DNA of 64,000 nucleotides from an uncultured Dokdonia sp. (GCA_938002835.1 CALKZS010000070.1:1560-65559), one strand, 5' to 3'. Numbered from the stretch's first letter, positions 50,978 to 60,301 are shown. Numbers and translations are program-made. Notes: generated by a model from the sequence alone, not told the origin.

Positions 50978-51934
50978 GTGGAAAACTGGAAAGATATACA
51001 GTTAGAGTATGATTTACTTGATTTTTTAAAGCGTCTAGATGCTCAAAAAAATCAATTAGATAGTTACAGACCTATCCCACCTACTAAAATAAAGAGTATT
51101 AAAGAGTCTCTAGATCTAGAATGGACATATAATTCTAACAGTATAGAAGGGAATACATTATCTTTAATGGAAACCCTTGTGGTTGTTAAAGATGGTCTTA
51201 CCATTGCTGGAAAATCTTTGAGAGAGCATTTTGAAGTGATTAATCATACAGAGGCTATTGCTTTTGTAGAAGACTTGGTACAACCTAATTATAAACTTTA
51301 CAAAAGAGATATACTTGAGGTACACGCTCTGGTTTTAGATAAGATTGATAAAGAGATTGCAGGTATTTATCGTGATGGCTCTGTAAGAATACAAGGAGCA
51401 AACTTTGTTCCTCCAGAGGCATTATTAGTAAGAGAGTTAATGGACGATCTTATAGATTGGTACAATACCACTGCTCAAAAATTACATCCTATTGTAAGAG
51501 TGAGTGTTTTCCATCATCGTTTTGTTTGGATACATCCTTTTTTTGATGGTAATGGTCGTACGGCTAGACTTATTTTTAATTTATTATTAATGAGTGCTGG
51601 GTTCCCTCCAGCTATTATCCTTAAGGTAGATAGAAAAAAATATTACGCATCTCTAAATGCTTCTAATAAAGGTGATTATGCTAAGTTTTTTTTATTAGTC
51701 GCTCAAGCAGCAGAGCGTTCTTTATCTATATATTTGGGTGGTTTAGATAATACGTTACATAGCTATAAACCTATTAATGATATTGTTAATGAACCAGATG
51801 TGCCTTATGGTCAGGAATATGTAAGCTTGCTTGCAAGAAGGGGTAAGATAGAAGCATACAAAGAAGGACGTGTATGGTATACTAGTAAAAAAGCAATAGA
51901 TACCTATCGCAAGACTAGAGAACGAAAACGATAA
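50978..51934 (+). CDS. Class II Fic-domain protein with a C-terminal HTH_17/excisionase-like tail
   Basis: HPFFDGNGRTAR catalytic motif; SNSIEG inhibitory motif; EYVSLLARRGKIEAYKEGRVWYT tail. Confidence 0.9.
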   Translation: MENWKDIQLEYDLLDFLKRLDAQKNQLDSYRPIPPTKIKSIKESLDLEWTYNSNSIEGNTLSLMETLVVVKDGLTIAGKSLREHFEVINHTEAIAFVEDLVQPNYKLYKRDILEVHALVLDKIDKEIAGIYRDGSVRIQGANFVPPEALLVRELMDDLIDWYNTTAQKLHPIVRVSVFHHRFVWIHPFFDGNGRTARLIFNLLLMSAGFPPAIILKVDRKKYYASLNASNKGDYAKFFLLVAQAAERSLSIYLGGLDNTLHSYKPINDIVNEPDVPYGQEYVSLLARRGKIEAYKEGRVWYTSKKAIDTYRKTRERKR

Positions 51935-51938
51935 TACT

Positions 51939-53075
51939 TTATGCTTTACTCCAAGTGTCTAGATATTGTTGAGCTATTTTGATATAATGGTGCTCGTGTT
52001 CTATAAAGGCACGAGCATTCTTGCTTATAGTTGTTATTTCTTCTTTGTTTTTTAAAAGGTATTCAAGTTTGTTTGCAATTTGTTGAGCGTCTGGAGTAGC
52101 ATCTATGAGTACTGTGTCTGTAAGATTATAGTACGATATAAAATGGGTTCCTGCTCCAGAGAACACCACTTTTCCCTTTGCCATAGCTTCTAAAGCATTA
52201 TAGCCCTGATCGTGAGAATATACTTGATCTAATAAAATATGAGCACTGTTATAGGCATTTATATAATCTTTGTATGGTAAGCTCTCTACAGTAATAACCT
52301 GTATTTCATTAGTATATTTTTTTAAAATTATAGAAAGCGCTTCTTCAAAGATATCATTCCCTTTCTTATAGAAATTTGCTCTATTAATACCGTGAAAAAT
52401 GACAATAGGATTCTTTTCTTCTAAGATTTTGCAGGCTATATTATCAACATTAATGGGGTTAGGTATAAGTCCTAGATATTTAGGGTGATTATTGAGTGGT
52501 ATGTGATAATCTAGATCTGTAGCAATGATACCATCTACTAGTTCGTAAAGAGTATTGCTAAGTTTTTTGTATGATGGTTTTAGATACTTAAGTACTGCCT
52601 GAAAATGATGGTCATTAATCTTTCCTTCTTTATATGGAGTTACTATTGTATAGGGAAGTTCATCAGAAAAAGCGTGGCCAACACTAATGTGATCTGTACC
52701 ACAAGATAAAAGAAATAGTTTTTTATTGTTTTCTTTGAGGTATTGCGCTATTTCTAACTCGACTGCTGGTGTACTTTGAAAACTAGATTCATTAATAAGT
52801 TGTACCACATCATAACCAGAAAGTTGCCATTTTAGTTTTGTAAATGCTTTGCGCAAATACAAAGCAGCAATGTCGATAGAAGTTAATTTTAGAATGGCTA
52901 TTCGTAGTTTCTTTTTCCATCCGCTTTGAAAACCCATTGTTAGATGTATATCTACGGGGTATTGTTTAAAACCATCACCAGAGCCTACGATTGTAACTTT
53001 ATGACCTAGTGATTGTAACCCTTCTTTTAATGAATTATGTAAACGGCTATATTCTCCTATAAGTAAGATGCGCAT
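51939..53075 (-). CDS. GT-B (GT4-like) glycosyltransferase
   Basis: RILLIGEYS, FHGINR...KG, YNALEAMAKGK. Confidence 0.88.
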   Translation of the reverse strand: MRILLIGEYSRLHNSLKEGLQSLGHKVTIVGSGDGFKQYPVDIHLTMGFQSGWKKKLRIAILKLTSIDIAALYLRKAFTKLKWQLSGYDVVQLINESSFQSTPAVELEIAQYLKENNKKLFLLSCGTDHISVGHAFSDELPYTIVTPYKEGKINDHHFQAVLKYLKPSYKKLSNTLYELVDGIIATDLDYHIPLNNHPKYLGLIPNPINVDNIACKILEEKNPIVIFHGINRANFYKKGNDIFEEALSIILKKYTNEIQVITVESLPYKDYINAYNSAHILLDQVYSHDQGYNALEAMAKGKVVFSGAGTHFISYYNLTDTVLIDATPDAQQIANKLEYLLKNKEEITTISKNARAFIEHEHHYIKIAQQYLDTWSKA

Positions 53076-53079
53076 TCGC

Positions 53080-53087
53080 TATATTTG
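53080..53087 (+). promoter_or_regulatory. Sigma-A -7 element TATATTTG in the 29-bp divergent gap
   Basis: TAnnTTTG 17 nt before TTG 53105. Confidence 0.5.
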
Positions 53088-53104
53088 GTATTCAAAAAAA
53101 ACTT

Positions 53105-54187
53105 TTGTCTAAAGATACTCATAAAAAAATTGCATTAATTACGATTTCACTCGCTGGAGGAGGTGCAGAGAAATCTACAGCATTGCTTTCTAAAATGTTA
53201 GATCACAAAGGGTTTGAAGTACATATAATTGTACTAAACGACGCTATAGATTTTTCATATGCTGGGAAGTTGTATAATATGGGGATTTTTAAAAAAAAAG
53301 GAGATTCTATTTTAAAAAAAGTCAAACGCTTTACAGCGCTTAGAAAATACATTAAGAAAGAAGATTTTGACTTTATCATTGATAATAGGAGTAGAGATAA
53401 TACTATTAAAGAGCGCTTTTATCTGTATTACATTTATAAAAATCAACAGGTCATATATGTATCACGTAGTTTTAAGTTAGATAATTATTTTACTAATGAT
53501 AGTAAAATAGGTCAACAGATGATTCAGAAATCTTCTGGAGTTATTGGAGTATCTCAAGCAATAAGTAAAGAGATAAACCAGAAGTATAATACACAAAAGG
53601 CTGTTACAATATATAACCCGGTAGAATTTATCGATGTTTCGTCAGTTATGGAAATAGATGTCCCTTACTTCATTTTTGTGGGTAGACTTTTAGACAAGGT
53701 AAAAAATGTGAGTTTGTTGATTAACGCTTTCGCGAAAGCTAAAAAAGAAAACCACCATCTTAAGATATATGGTGATGGGATTGATAAAGAACGCCTTATG
53801 ATACTTTCTAAAACCTTAGGGATGGATAATAAAATATTATTCTATCCATTTAAAGAAGATATTTATCAAGATATTGCAGCTGCAAAGGCTTTACTTTTAA
53901 CCAGTCATTATGAAGGATTTCCTAGAGTGCTCATAGAGGCATTGTCTATGGGAACTCCTGTGATAAGTGTAGATTGCCAAAGCGGGCCCAATGAAGTTAT
54001 AACTCATAAAGAAAATGGGTTGCTAGTAAAAAACTATGATCAAGTTGTATTTACAGAAGCTATAGAATCTTTTATATTTGACACCGATTTGTATACTACT
54101 TGTAAACAGAATGCAGTAAAGAGTGTAAGTCACTTGAAAACAGATATTATTGCATCACAATGGAGCGATTATTTAAATAAAATATAA
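53105..54187 (+). CDS. GT4 glycosyltransferase (TTG start)
   Basis: GGGAEK, FVGRL, EGFPRVLIEA, HKENGLLV. Confidence 0.92.
   Translation: MSKDTHKKIALITISLAGGGAEKSTALLSKMLDHKGFEVHIIVLNDAIDFSYAGKLYNMGIFKKKGDSILKKVKRFTALRKYIKKEDFDFIIDNRSRDNTIKERFYLYYIYKNQQVIYVSRSFKLDNYFTNDSKIGQQMIQKSSGVIGVSQAISKEINQKYNTQKAVTIYNPVEFIDVSSVMEIDVPYFIFVGRLLDKVKNVSLLINAFAKAKKENHHLKIYGDGIDKERLMILSKTLGMDNKILFYPFKEDIYQDIAAAKALLLTSHYEGFPRVLIEALSMGTPVISVDCQSGPNEVITHKENGLLVKNYDQVVFTEAIESFIFDTDLYTTCKQNAVKSVSHLKTDIIASQWSDYLNKI
53726..53739. repeat. Palindrome copy 15 (14-bp core), inside the GT4 gene (AFAKA frame)
   Basis: Exact core; flanks C/T. Confidence 0.97.
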
Positions 54188-54189
54188 GA

Positions 54190-54591
54190 ATGAAAAAACT
54201 AGCTTGCTGGGTAGAGATCCCGAGAATAACAGACCCTAGAGGGAATCTAGCTGTTATAGAAGGGGAGATATTGCCTTATACTATTGCACGGGTATATTAT
54301 TTACACGACGTGCCTAGTGATGCATACCGTGGTGGCCACGCTCATAAAGAGTGTGAAGAATTATTGGTGGCTGTAAGTGGTAGCTTTGAAGTGGTTTTAG
54401 ACAATGGTTTAAAGAAAGAGCGAGTAATGCTCAATAAACCTAACAAAGGTTTATTAATTACAAAAGGTATATGGAGAGAGCTAGATAATTTTTCTTCTGG
54501 AGCTGTTTGTTTGGTAATGGCATCACATACTTATGATGAAGATGATTATATTCGAGATTATGAATCTTTTTTAGAATCAAAAAGACGATAA
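54190..54591 (+). CDS. dTDP-4-keto-6-deoxyhexose 3,4-ketoisomerase (FdtA/QdtA-like cupin)
   Basis: DPRGNL, RVYY, RGGHAH, GIWREL. Confidence 0.9.
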   Translation: MKKLACWVEIPRITDPRGNLAVIEGEILPYTIARVYYLHDVPSDAYRGGHAHKECEELLVAVSGSFEVVLDNGLKKERVMLNKPNKGLLITKGIWRELDNFSSGAVCLVMASHTYDEDDYIRDYESFLESKRR

Positions 54592-55509
54592 CCGTACGCC
54601 TAATTTTTCTAAACCACCTTGAGTTTTAAACGCCATTTTTAGCATAGAAGTTGGTAAGCTGAGTAACCATTTCTGTCTTCTGTTGAGGTTATTTTTATCT
54701 AATAGTTCTAAATGTTTCTTAGTTAAGTGCTTTTCTCCCCACAGTCTTGCTCTTAAGATTAAAGAATACCTGTTGAGGTCTATATATTTTTTTACTGCTG
54801 GATTAGACTTTTCTTCTTTTAAAAATTTATTTAAGTCTAGTCTATCTTTAATAGAGTTTATGCTTTTATAAAGACTATGCGCTGCATATCTATAGGTAAC
54901 TAATGCTTCTGTGCTAAATGCTACTTTATAATGAAGTCCCACCCGTATCCATAAATCTGTGTCTTGACCGCTTTTTATACTAGCATCATATAGTCCTACC
55001 TTAGAAAAGACATCCTTATGTAGTGTGGTCGAACTGCTATGAAGGATGCATTTTTTGTAACTGCTTTCAAAGAAGTTAAGATCTAGATGTTTTTCTTTGT
55101 TTAAAAAATCTACGCTATACTGGCAAACATCAATATTATTTTTTGACTCCCTTAATAATTTAGTAGCAAATACACGATGTTTAGGAAACTTTTTAATAAG
55201 TAAAGATATTTCTTCTAGATAATTGGGTTTCCAGAGGTCATCTCCATCAAGAAGTGCAATATAGGTTCCTGTTGCTTGCTCTATTCCTTTATTTCGAGCA
55301 CCGCCAGCTCCTAGATTTTCTGGTAAGTGTATATATTTAATTGTATTAGAAATATATGAAGTAATAATAGTGTCACTATGATCTGTAGATGCATCGTTTA
55401 CAATAATGATTTCATAATCATTTATCGTTTGATCTAGCACACTCTCAATAGTCTCTCGTATGTGAGAAGCTTTATTGTATACAGATATAATAACGGAAAA
55501 TTTGGGCAC
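54577..55509 (-). CDS. GT2 glycosyltransferase
   Basis: FSVIISVYN, VNDASTD, ARNKG, LDGDD, QDTDLW. Confidence 0.92.
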   Translation of the reverse strand: MPKFSVIISVYNKASHIRETIESVLDQTINDYEIIIVNDASTDHSDTIITSYISNTIKYIHLPENLGAGGARNKGIEQATGTYIALLDGDDLWKPNYLEEISLLIKKFPKHRVFATKLLRESKNNIDVCQYSVDFLNKEKHLDLNFFESSYKKCILHSSSTTLHKDVFSKVGLYDASIKSGQDTDLWIRVGLHYKVAFSTEALVTYRYAAHSLYKSINSIKDRLDLNKFLKEEKSNPAVKKYIDLNRYSLILRARLWGEKHLTKKHLELLDKNNLNRRQKWLLSLPTSMLKMAFKTQGGLEKLGVRLSSF

Positions 55510-55555
55510 AGAATAGTGTTATTTAAATTGTAATATACTAACTTTTTCTATCTAT

Positions 55556-56632
55556 TTATTTCGTTTTATTTTTAATCCAGTTGATCATTATTTCTAATAC
55601 TTTTGGAGAAAATGTCTGTTCAATAGTTACATATTCTGTAGGTAAGCCAGTTTCACTTTCTTGAAACAAATGGTTAAGGCCTTCAATTTCCATTGTTTTA
55701 AAATTATTATTACCACTTTCTGTCAGAATTTTTTCGATGGCTTGTAGATTTTCTTTCGCAGGAACTTGTAAGTCATTACCTCCGTTTAAAGCAAGAACTG
55801 CACATTTGGTTTTGCTGAGAGATTCTTGGGGATCAAATTTTATAAAATCTGTTAACCAAGGAAAACTTAATTGTTCAGATAGAAGATTAATTTGATTTTC
55901 AGGTAACATTGTTCCAAAAATTGTATTTAAATATTCCCTTAAATCAATTTGTAATTTTTCTTTATCATTAGTATGAGCTAAAATTATGTCATAAACTCCT
56001 CTCATATTATTCTGTCCTATGGTAATAGCAGGTTCAGGAACAAGCATTTTTCTTTCTAATTGTTCTTTTTGAAGAAGCATTAGTTTATCTCCTCTTATTC
56101 CTGAACCTGCAAGCATTATTATAAAGGAGATATCTTTTGTATCACTTGCAATCATTGGAGCGATAACACCTCCAAGACTATGACCAATTAATCCTACCTT
56201 TTTTGAGTTTATTTCATCACGTGATTTTAAGTATTTAAGAGCACTTTTAGTGTCATTTAAAAACCCATTTAATCCAGTCTCATTGTAAATCCCTTCGGAG
56301 TTTCCTGTTTCTCTATCATCCACTCTTAAAACGGCAATTCCGTTATTAGTTAAATAATCTGCAATCACTAAAAATGGTTTATGACCTAGTATTTCAGAAT
56401 TTCTGTCTTGGGCTCCACTACCACTAATTAATATTACTGTAGGGAAATCTTTAGTGTCTTTAGGATATGTATAGGTTCCAGAAAGTGATATGTTATCTAC
56501 TTCATTTTTAAAAACGATATCGTGAGAAATATAATTAAATGGAGCTTTCGGTTCTTGAGGTCTTTCAGTTTGCGCAAATGCATTTAATGTATTTATAATT
56601 ATGAAAAGTATATAAAAAATTCTCTTTTTCAT
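55556..56632 (-). CDS. Secreted alpha/beta hydrolase (serine peptidase/esterase-like)
   Basis: Signal peptide, RPQEP, GSGAQDR, GHSLGG, GGNDLQV, NHLFQ. Confidence 0.87.
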   Translation of the reverse strand: MKKRIFYILFIIINTLNAFAQTERPQEPKAPFNYISHDIVFKNEVDNISLSGTYTYPKDTKDFPTVILISGSGAQDRNSEILGHKPFLVIADYLTNNGIAVLRVDDRETGNSEGIYNETGLNGFLNDTKSALKYLKSRDEINSKKVGLIGHSLGGVIAPMIASDTKDISFIIMLAGSGIRGDKLMLLQKEQLERKMLVPEPAITIGQNNMRGVYDIILAHTNDKEKLQIDLREYLNTIFGTMLPENQINLLSEQLSFPWLTDFIKFDPQESLSKTKCAVLALNGGNDLQVPAKENLQAIEKILTESGNNNFKTMEIEGLNHLFQESETGLPTEYVTIEQTFSPKVLEIMINWIKNKTK

Positions 56633-56633
56633 T

Positions 56634-57281
56634 TTATAGTGTTTTTGAAAGGTTTTTAAATTTTATATAAGAATATATGACAGGTATTATTATAGTAATA
56701 CTTGTACTTACTAGAAATATCTTCATATTTAATCCTTTATTTATGATTAAGCTTGATAGTATTATTATAAACCCGCAAATAAAATATAATTTCCCAGCTA
56801 ATTTGTGAGTCTCTTTCCAGACAATTTCATTTTCAAGTGTCCACGGTGTTCTTAATCCTAAAAAATAGTTTGGTTTTATGGTTTTAAAATAATTCCCAAG
56901 AATTATATACAATATTCCAAAAAGTAAGATCAAATAATTTAGATTAAAAAAAGATGAATTCTCAGCACTATAGATAATTAATAATGCTAGTATAGACATA
57001 AATGTTGTTAAGAAAAACTTTATGACTTGAAACTTATTTCCCATATTATTTAATTTGTTCTTAGGGTCTATTTTAGGAATAATTAAAAAGATAAAATATG
57101 TGAGTAATGGTAGTAGGATAGGGATTAAAATAAGTTGGGTTTTATTTCCATAACCAACTATTTCTCCTTTTAGATTCCAATGAACAGGAACTTCTTTAGG
57201 TAAGTCAAACCATACATAGGCTAAATAAATGAATGGTAGTAATACAATACAAATGACTGTTATTTCTTTTTTTAAGTTCAT
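56634..57281 (-). CDS. SdpI-family immunity-like membrane protein (DUF1648 + SdpI)
   Basis: VPVHW, PKIDP, PNYFLGLRTPWTL, W..TH. Confidence 0.9.
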   Translation of the reverse strand: MNLKKEITVICIVLLPFIYLAYVWFDLPKEVPVHWNLKGEIVGYGNKTQLILIPILLPLLTYFIFLIIPKIDPKNKLNNMGNKFQVIKFFLTTFMSILALLIIYSAENSSFFNLNYLILLFGILYIILGNYFKTIKPNYFLGLRTPWTLENEIVWKETHKLAGKLYFICGFIIILSSLIINKGLNMKIFLVSTSITIIIPVIYSYIKFKNLSKTL

Positions 57282-57284
57282 AAT

Positions 57285-57539
57285 TTATTTTTTTAATGTG
57301 AGTATCCAACCTATTAAGTCTTCGAGTATACTTGTGTTTAAAGAATACTGTACATATTGTCCTTTTTTTTCGCTAGTAATTAAATCTGCTCTTTTTAAAA
57401 TGTCTAAATGATGAGATATGCTAGGTTTAGATATATTAAACTGTTCGGCGATTTCTCCAGCATTCATATCCTTATCTTTTAATAATTCAACAATTTGTCT
57501 TCTTGTTTCATCATTGAGAGCTTTAAATAAAGAATTCAT
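57285..57539 (-). CDS. ArsR/SdpR-family repressor
   Basis: FKALNDETRRQI, AGEIAEQF, SISHHL, KKGQYV.Y. Confidence 0.92.
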   Translation of the reverse strand: MNSLFKALNDETRRQIVELLKDKDMNAGEIAEQFNISKPSISHHLDILKRADLITSEKKGQYVQYSLNTSILEDLIGWILTLKK

Positions 57540-57549
57540 TTCATTTAGT

Positions 57550-57571
57550 TATTTAGACAAATATCTAAATA
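57550..57571. promoter_or_regulatory. Putative SdpR operator TATTTAGA-N6-TCTAAATA
   Basis: 8-bp inverted repeat 10 nt upstream of the repressor start. Confidence 0.6.
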
Positions 57572-57648
57572 TTATTTTTAAGATGCAAACTATAACTTCG
57601 TTTTAAATAATAGATTAAGAGGTAATCATATAAATAACTTTTGTTTAT

Positions 57649-58416
57649 TTGTGTTTAAGTAATCAATTTTACATTTCTAAATACAAACATTTTATCAAAA
57701 GAAATTTTTCCATAATCATTCCTACTTTTAATAGCCTTGTACATTTGAAAAAATGTGTAAAATCTATTATCGAACAAGAGTATCAAGATTATGAAGTCTG
57801 GATAATAGATGGAAACTCTAGTGATGGTACTCAAAATTTTTGTAGCACACTTCCAAGTAACTTTAATACTATATCAGAAAAAGATACGGGCATTTACAAT
57901 GCGATGAATAAAGGTATCGACCGGGCAATAGGAGATTGGTTATATTTTATGGGTGCAGATGATGTGTTATGGAGTAATGATGTCTTATCTACAATAGCTA
58001 AACAATCTATAACAACAGAAAAGATCATTCTAGGAGATATTATAATGGAAGATCAACTGTCAAGTTCTAACCCTAAAAGGCGATCATCAGATTTCTCTAG
58101 TATACTTTGGTTAAAAAACTCAGTACATCATCAAGGCGCCTTTTATCATAAAGATCTCTTTATAAATTATAGATATGATGAGAAGCTAAAAGTATTATCA
58201 GATTATAAGTTTAATCTCAAGTTGTATAAAGCACATATTACTTTCACGAAAGTAAATAAAACCATTGCTTGTTGTGGTAATAATGGTATTTCAAAAAAGT
58301 ATAATTGGTCTCTTTATAAAGAAGAGATTTCTTTTAAAGTAAATGCATCTCATTTAATTTTTTGGCCATTTTTTTTTAAAGTAGCTTTATTAAAATTCCT
58401 ATTTAAGAAGTTTTAA
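57649..58416 (+). CDS. GT2 glycosyltransferase (WcaE-like); start uncertain
   Basis: SIIIPTFN, IDGNSSDG, EKDTGIYNAMNKG, FMGADD, HHQG. Confidence 0.88.
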   Translation: MCLSNQFYISKYKHFIKRNFSIIIPTFNSLVHLKKCVKSIIEQEYQDYEVWIIDGNSSDGTQNFCSTLPSNFNTISEKDTGIYNAMNKGIDRAIGDWLYFMGADDVLWSNDVLSTIAKQSITTEKIILGDIIMEDQLSSSNPKRRSSDFSSILWLKNSVHHQGAFYHKDLFINYRYDEKLKVLSDYKFNLKLYKAHITFTKVNKTIACCGNNGISKKYNWSLYKEEISFKVNASHLIFWPFFFKVALLKFLFKKF

Positions 58417-58431
58417 TAAATATTTATAGTG

Positions 58432-59316
58432 CTATCTAAAACCGCTTAAAATCTTAAGGCTGTCAAACCATCTGGTCAGTTTGTAAAGGAAAAAGATAGA
58501 GATCATAGAGATCAAAATTTGCAATACTACGTTAACAACTTCATTATCTATAACTAGTGCTAGTAATGGATAAGAAAACACCATAATAGGAGAGTGGTAT
58601 AAGTGTAGTAAATAAGTATACGCACCAGTTTTTATAAACTTTACATTGATTTCTAAGCTAATAAGGAAGAGTAAAAAACCTACAGCATTATTTAGTTGAA
58701 AGTTGTCGTTTACAACACTTAGTATAATTAACACGATAGCGACACCATATAACCACTGCTTTTTAAGGTATGCTTTGTAATTGTCAAGTAAGTAGCCTAT
58801 GGTAAAAATAATGGGAATGTCCCATCGTATAATAAGTTGCCCAAAGATTATTAGAGGTACTAAGATCAGAAGCATTTTCCAGTTCTTGTATAGAATTAAC
58901 TCTACTGTAACAAAAACAATAAAAATATCTCTAATAAAATAGGTGGGAGGATTTACTGGGACATCATTAATGGCAAAAATACCATCTGTAATAAGTTTAT
59001 AATCAAATGAAAGTCGGTCCAAATAATTAATGTCTAGTACAAAATAAAAAAAGCAAACAGGTAATAACACTAATACATTTGCCATTACAAAAGGAATGAG
59101 GAGACTCTTTATTTTTTTTGTAAAAAGAGGTTCACTTTTCTTTTTTGATATTGCCGAAAATAAATAACCGCATACTAGTAATAGTAGGGGTGTCCCAAAA
59201 AGAGGTAATTCTTCAAAAACCCAGTAAGCAACACCACTAGTTAAGTTGTGTTCAGTATGGTTAAATGTGATAAGTAATACAGCGATAAGCCTAGCGATCT
59301 CTATACCGTATTTCAT
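58432..59316 (-). CDS. Acyltransferase_3 (OafA-like) membrane O-acyltransferase
   Basis: IEIARLIA...H, multi-TM, YFIRD, YLLH. Confidence 0.78.
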   Translation of the reverse strand: MKYGIEIARLIAVLLITFNHTEHNLTSGVAYWVFEELPLFGTPLLLLVCGYLFSAISKKKSEPLFTKKIKSLLIPFVMANVLVLLPVCFFYFVLDINYLDRLSFDYKLITDGIFAINDVPVNPPTYFIRDIFIVFVTVELILYKNWKMLLILVPLIIFGQLIIRWDIPIIFTIGYLLDNYKAYLKKQWLYGVAIVLIILSVVNDNFQLNNAVGFLLFLISLEINVKFIKTGAYTYLLHLYHSPIMVFSYPLLALVIDNEVVNVVLQILISMISIFFLYKLTRWFDSLKILSGFR

Positions 59317-59326
59317 AGGGATATAT

Positions 59327-60010
59327 TTATACAGTTTTTTGAACTACTTCAAAAATCTTATTCCCATCACATTTTAAAGTTTTTGAAGGATATTTAAGTA
59401 ATAAAGCATAATCGTGAGTGGCCATTAAAATGGTGTTGCCATTTTTATTAATTTCTTGTAATACCTCCATTACCTCTACACTTGTTTGTGGGTCTAAGTT
59501 ACCTGTAGGCTCATCGGCTAGAATAAGTTCTGGATCATTGAGCAAAGCACGAGCAATAGCAACTCGCTGTTGCTCACCCCCAGAAAGTTGATATGGAAAT
59601 TTAAAACCCTTACTCTTCATTCCTACTTTATCAAGTACAGCTTCTATTTTACTATCTATAGCTGGTTTTTCTTTCCAGCCAGTAGCCTTTAAAACAAAAC
59701 GTAAGTTATCATTTACAGTACGATCATTTAGTAATTTAAAATCTTGAAAAACAACCCCTAGTTTTCTGCGCAAAAAAGGAATATTCTTTTCTTTAAGACC
59801 TTCTAGATCAAACCCTACAATGGTTCCTTTACCTTCATTAAGAGGTAAATCACCATAAAGTGTTTTCATAAAACTACTTTTTCCAGAGCCTGTTTTTCCT
59901 ATAAGATATACAAAGTCTCCCGGCTCAATAGTCACATTGACCTCAGAAAGAACGAGATTTTCACGTTGATAAATTGCTGCGTGAGAAAGTTGTAATACAG
60001 GTGTAGACAT
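59327..60010 (-). CDS. ftsE: FtsE-like ABC ATP-binding protein
   Basis: [39 protein letters not shown]. Confidence 0.85.
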   Translation of the reverse strand: MSTPVLQLSHAAIYQRENLVLSEVNVTIEPGDFVYLIGKTGSGKSSFMKTLYGDLPLNEGKGTIVGFDLEGLKEKNIPFLRRKLGVVFQDFKLLNDRTVNDNLRFVLKATGWKEKPAIDSKIEAVLDKVGMKSKGFKFPYQLSGGEQQRVAIARALLNDPELILADEPTGNLDPQTSVEVMEVLQEINKNGNTILMATHDYALLLKYPSKTLKCDGNKIFEVVQKTV

Positions 60011-60230
60011 CTATTAAATTTTATAAATATCAAAGTAACGGAATTTTATGCAGTAGCACAATGGCATCTAGTGGCTTTAAAAATAAGTATGCTATAACAT
60101 TGACTTTCATATGCAAACTTTTTTTGTATGATAATAAATTAGAACAAAATTTGATTTAAGCGACCAGATAAACGCACGGTTGTTAAAATCCTTTTCACAA
60201 CTTCATATAATTATACAGTAAACAAGACGT

Positions 60231-60238
60231 TATCTTTG
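60231..60238 (+). promoter_or_regulatory. Sigma-A -7 element TATCTTTG upstream of the TPR gene
   Basis: TAnnTTTG in the divergent intergenic region. Confidence 0.55.
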
Positions 60239-60281
60239 TGAAAGAAAACTAACTTTGATAGTATTTTAAAAATGATTTTAA

Positions 60282-60301
60282 TACGCTTTCGCGAAAGCGT
60301 A
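60282..60301. repeat. Palindrome copy 16 (20 bp), in the predicted TPR-gene leader
   Basis: Exact. Confidence 0.97.

Noticed and set aside
57536-57544. Two-codon uORF (ATG AAA TGA) overlapping the sdpR start
   Set aside because: Easily arises by chance in A-rich leaders; no further support.
59327-60010. ftsE without adjacent ftsX
   Set aside because: Unlinked ftsE beside the TPR/outer-membrane pair is, to my knowledge, usual in Bacteroidota.
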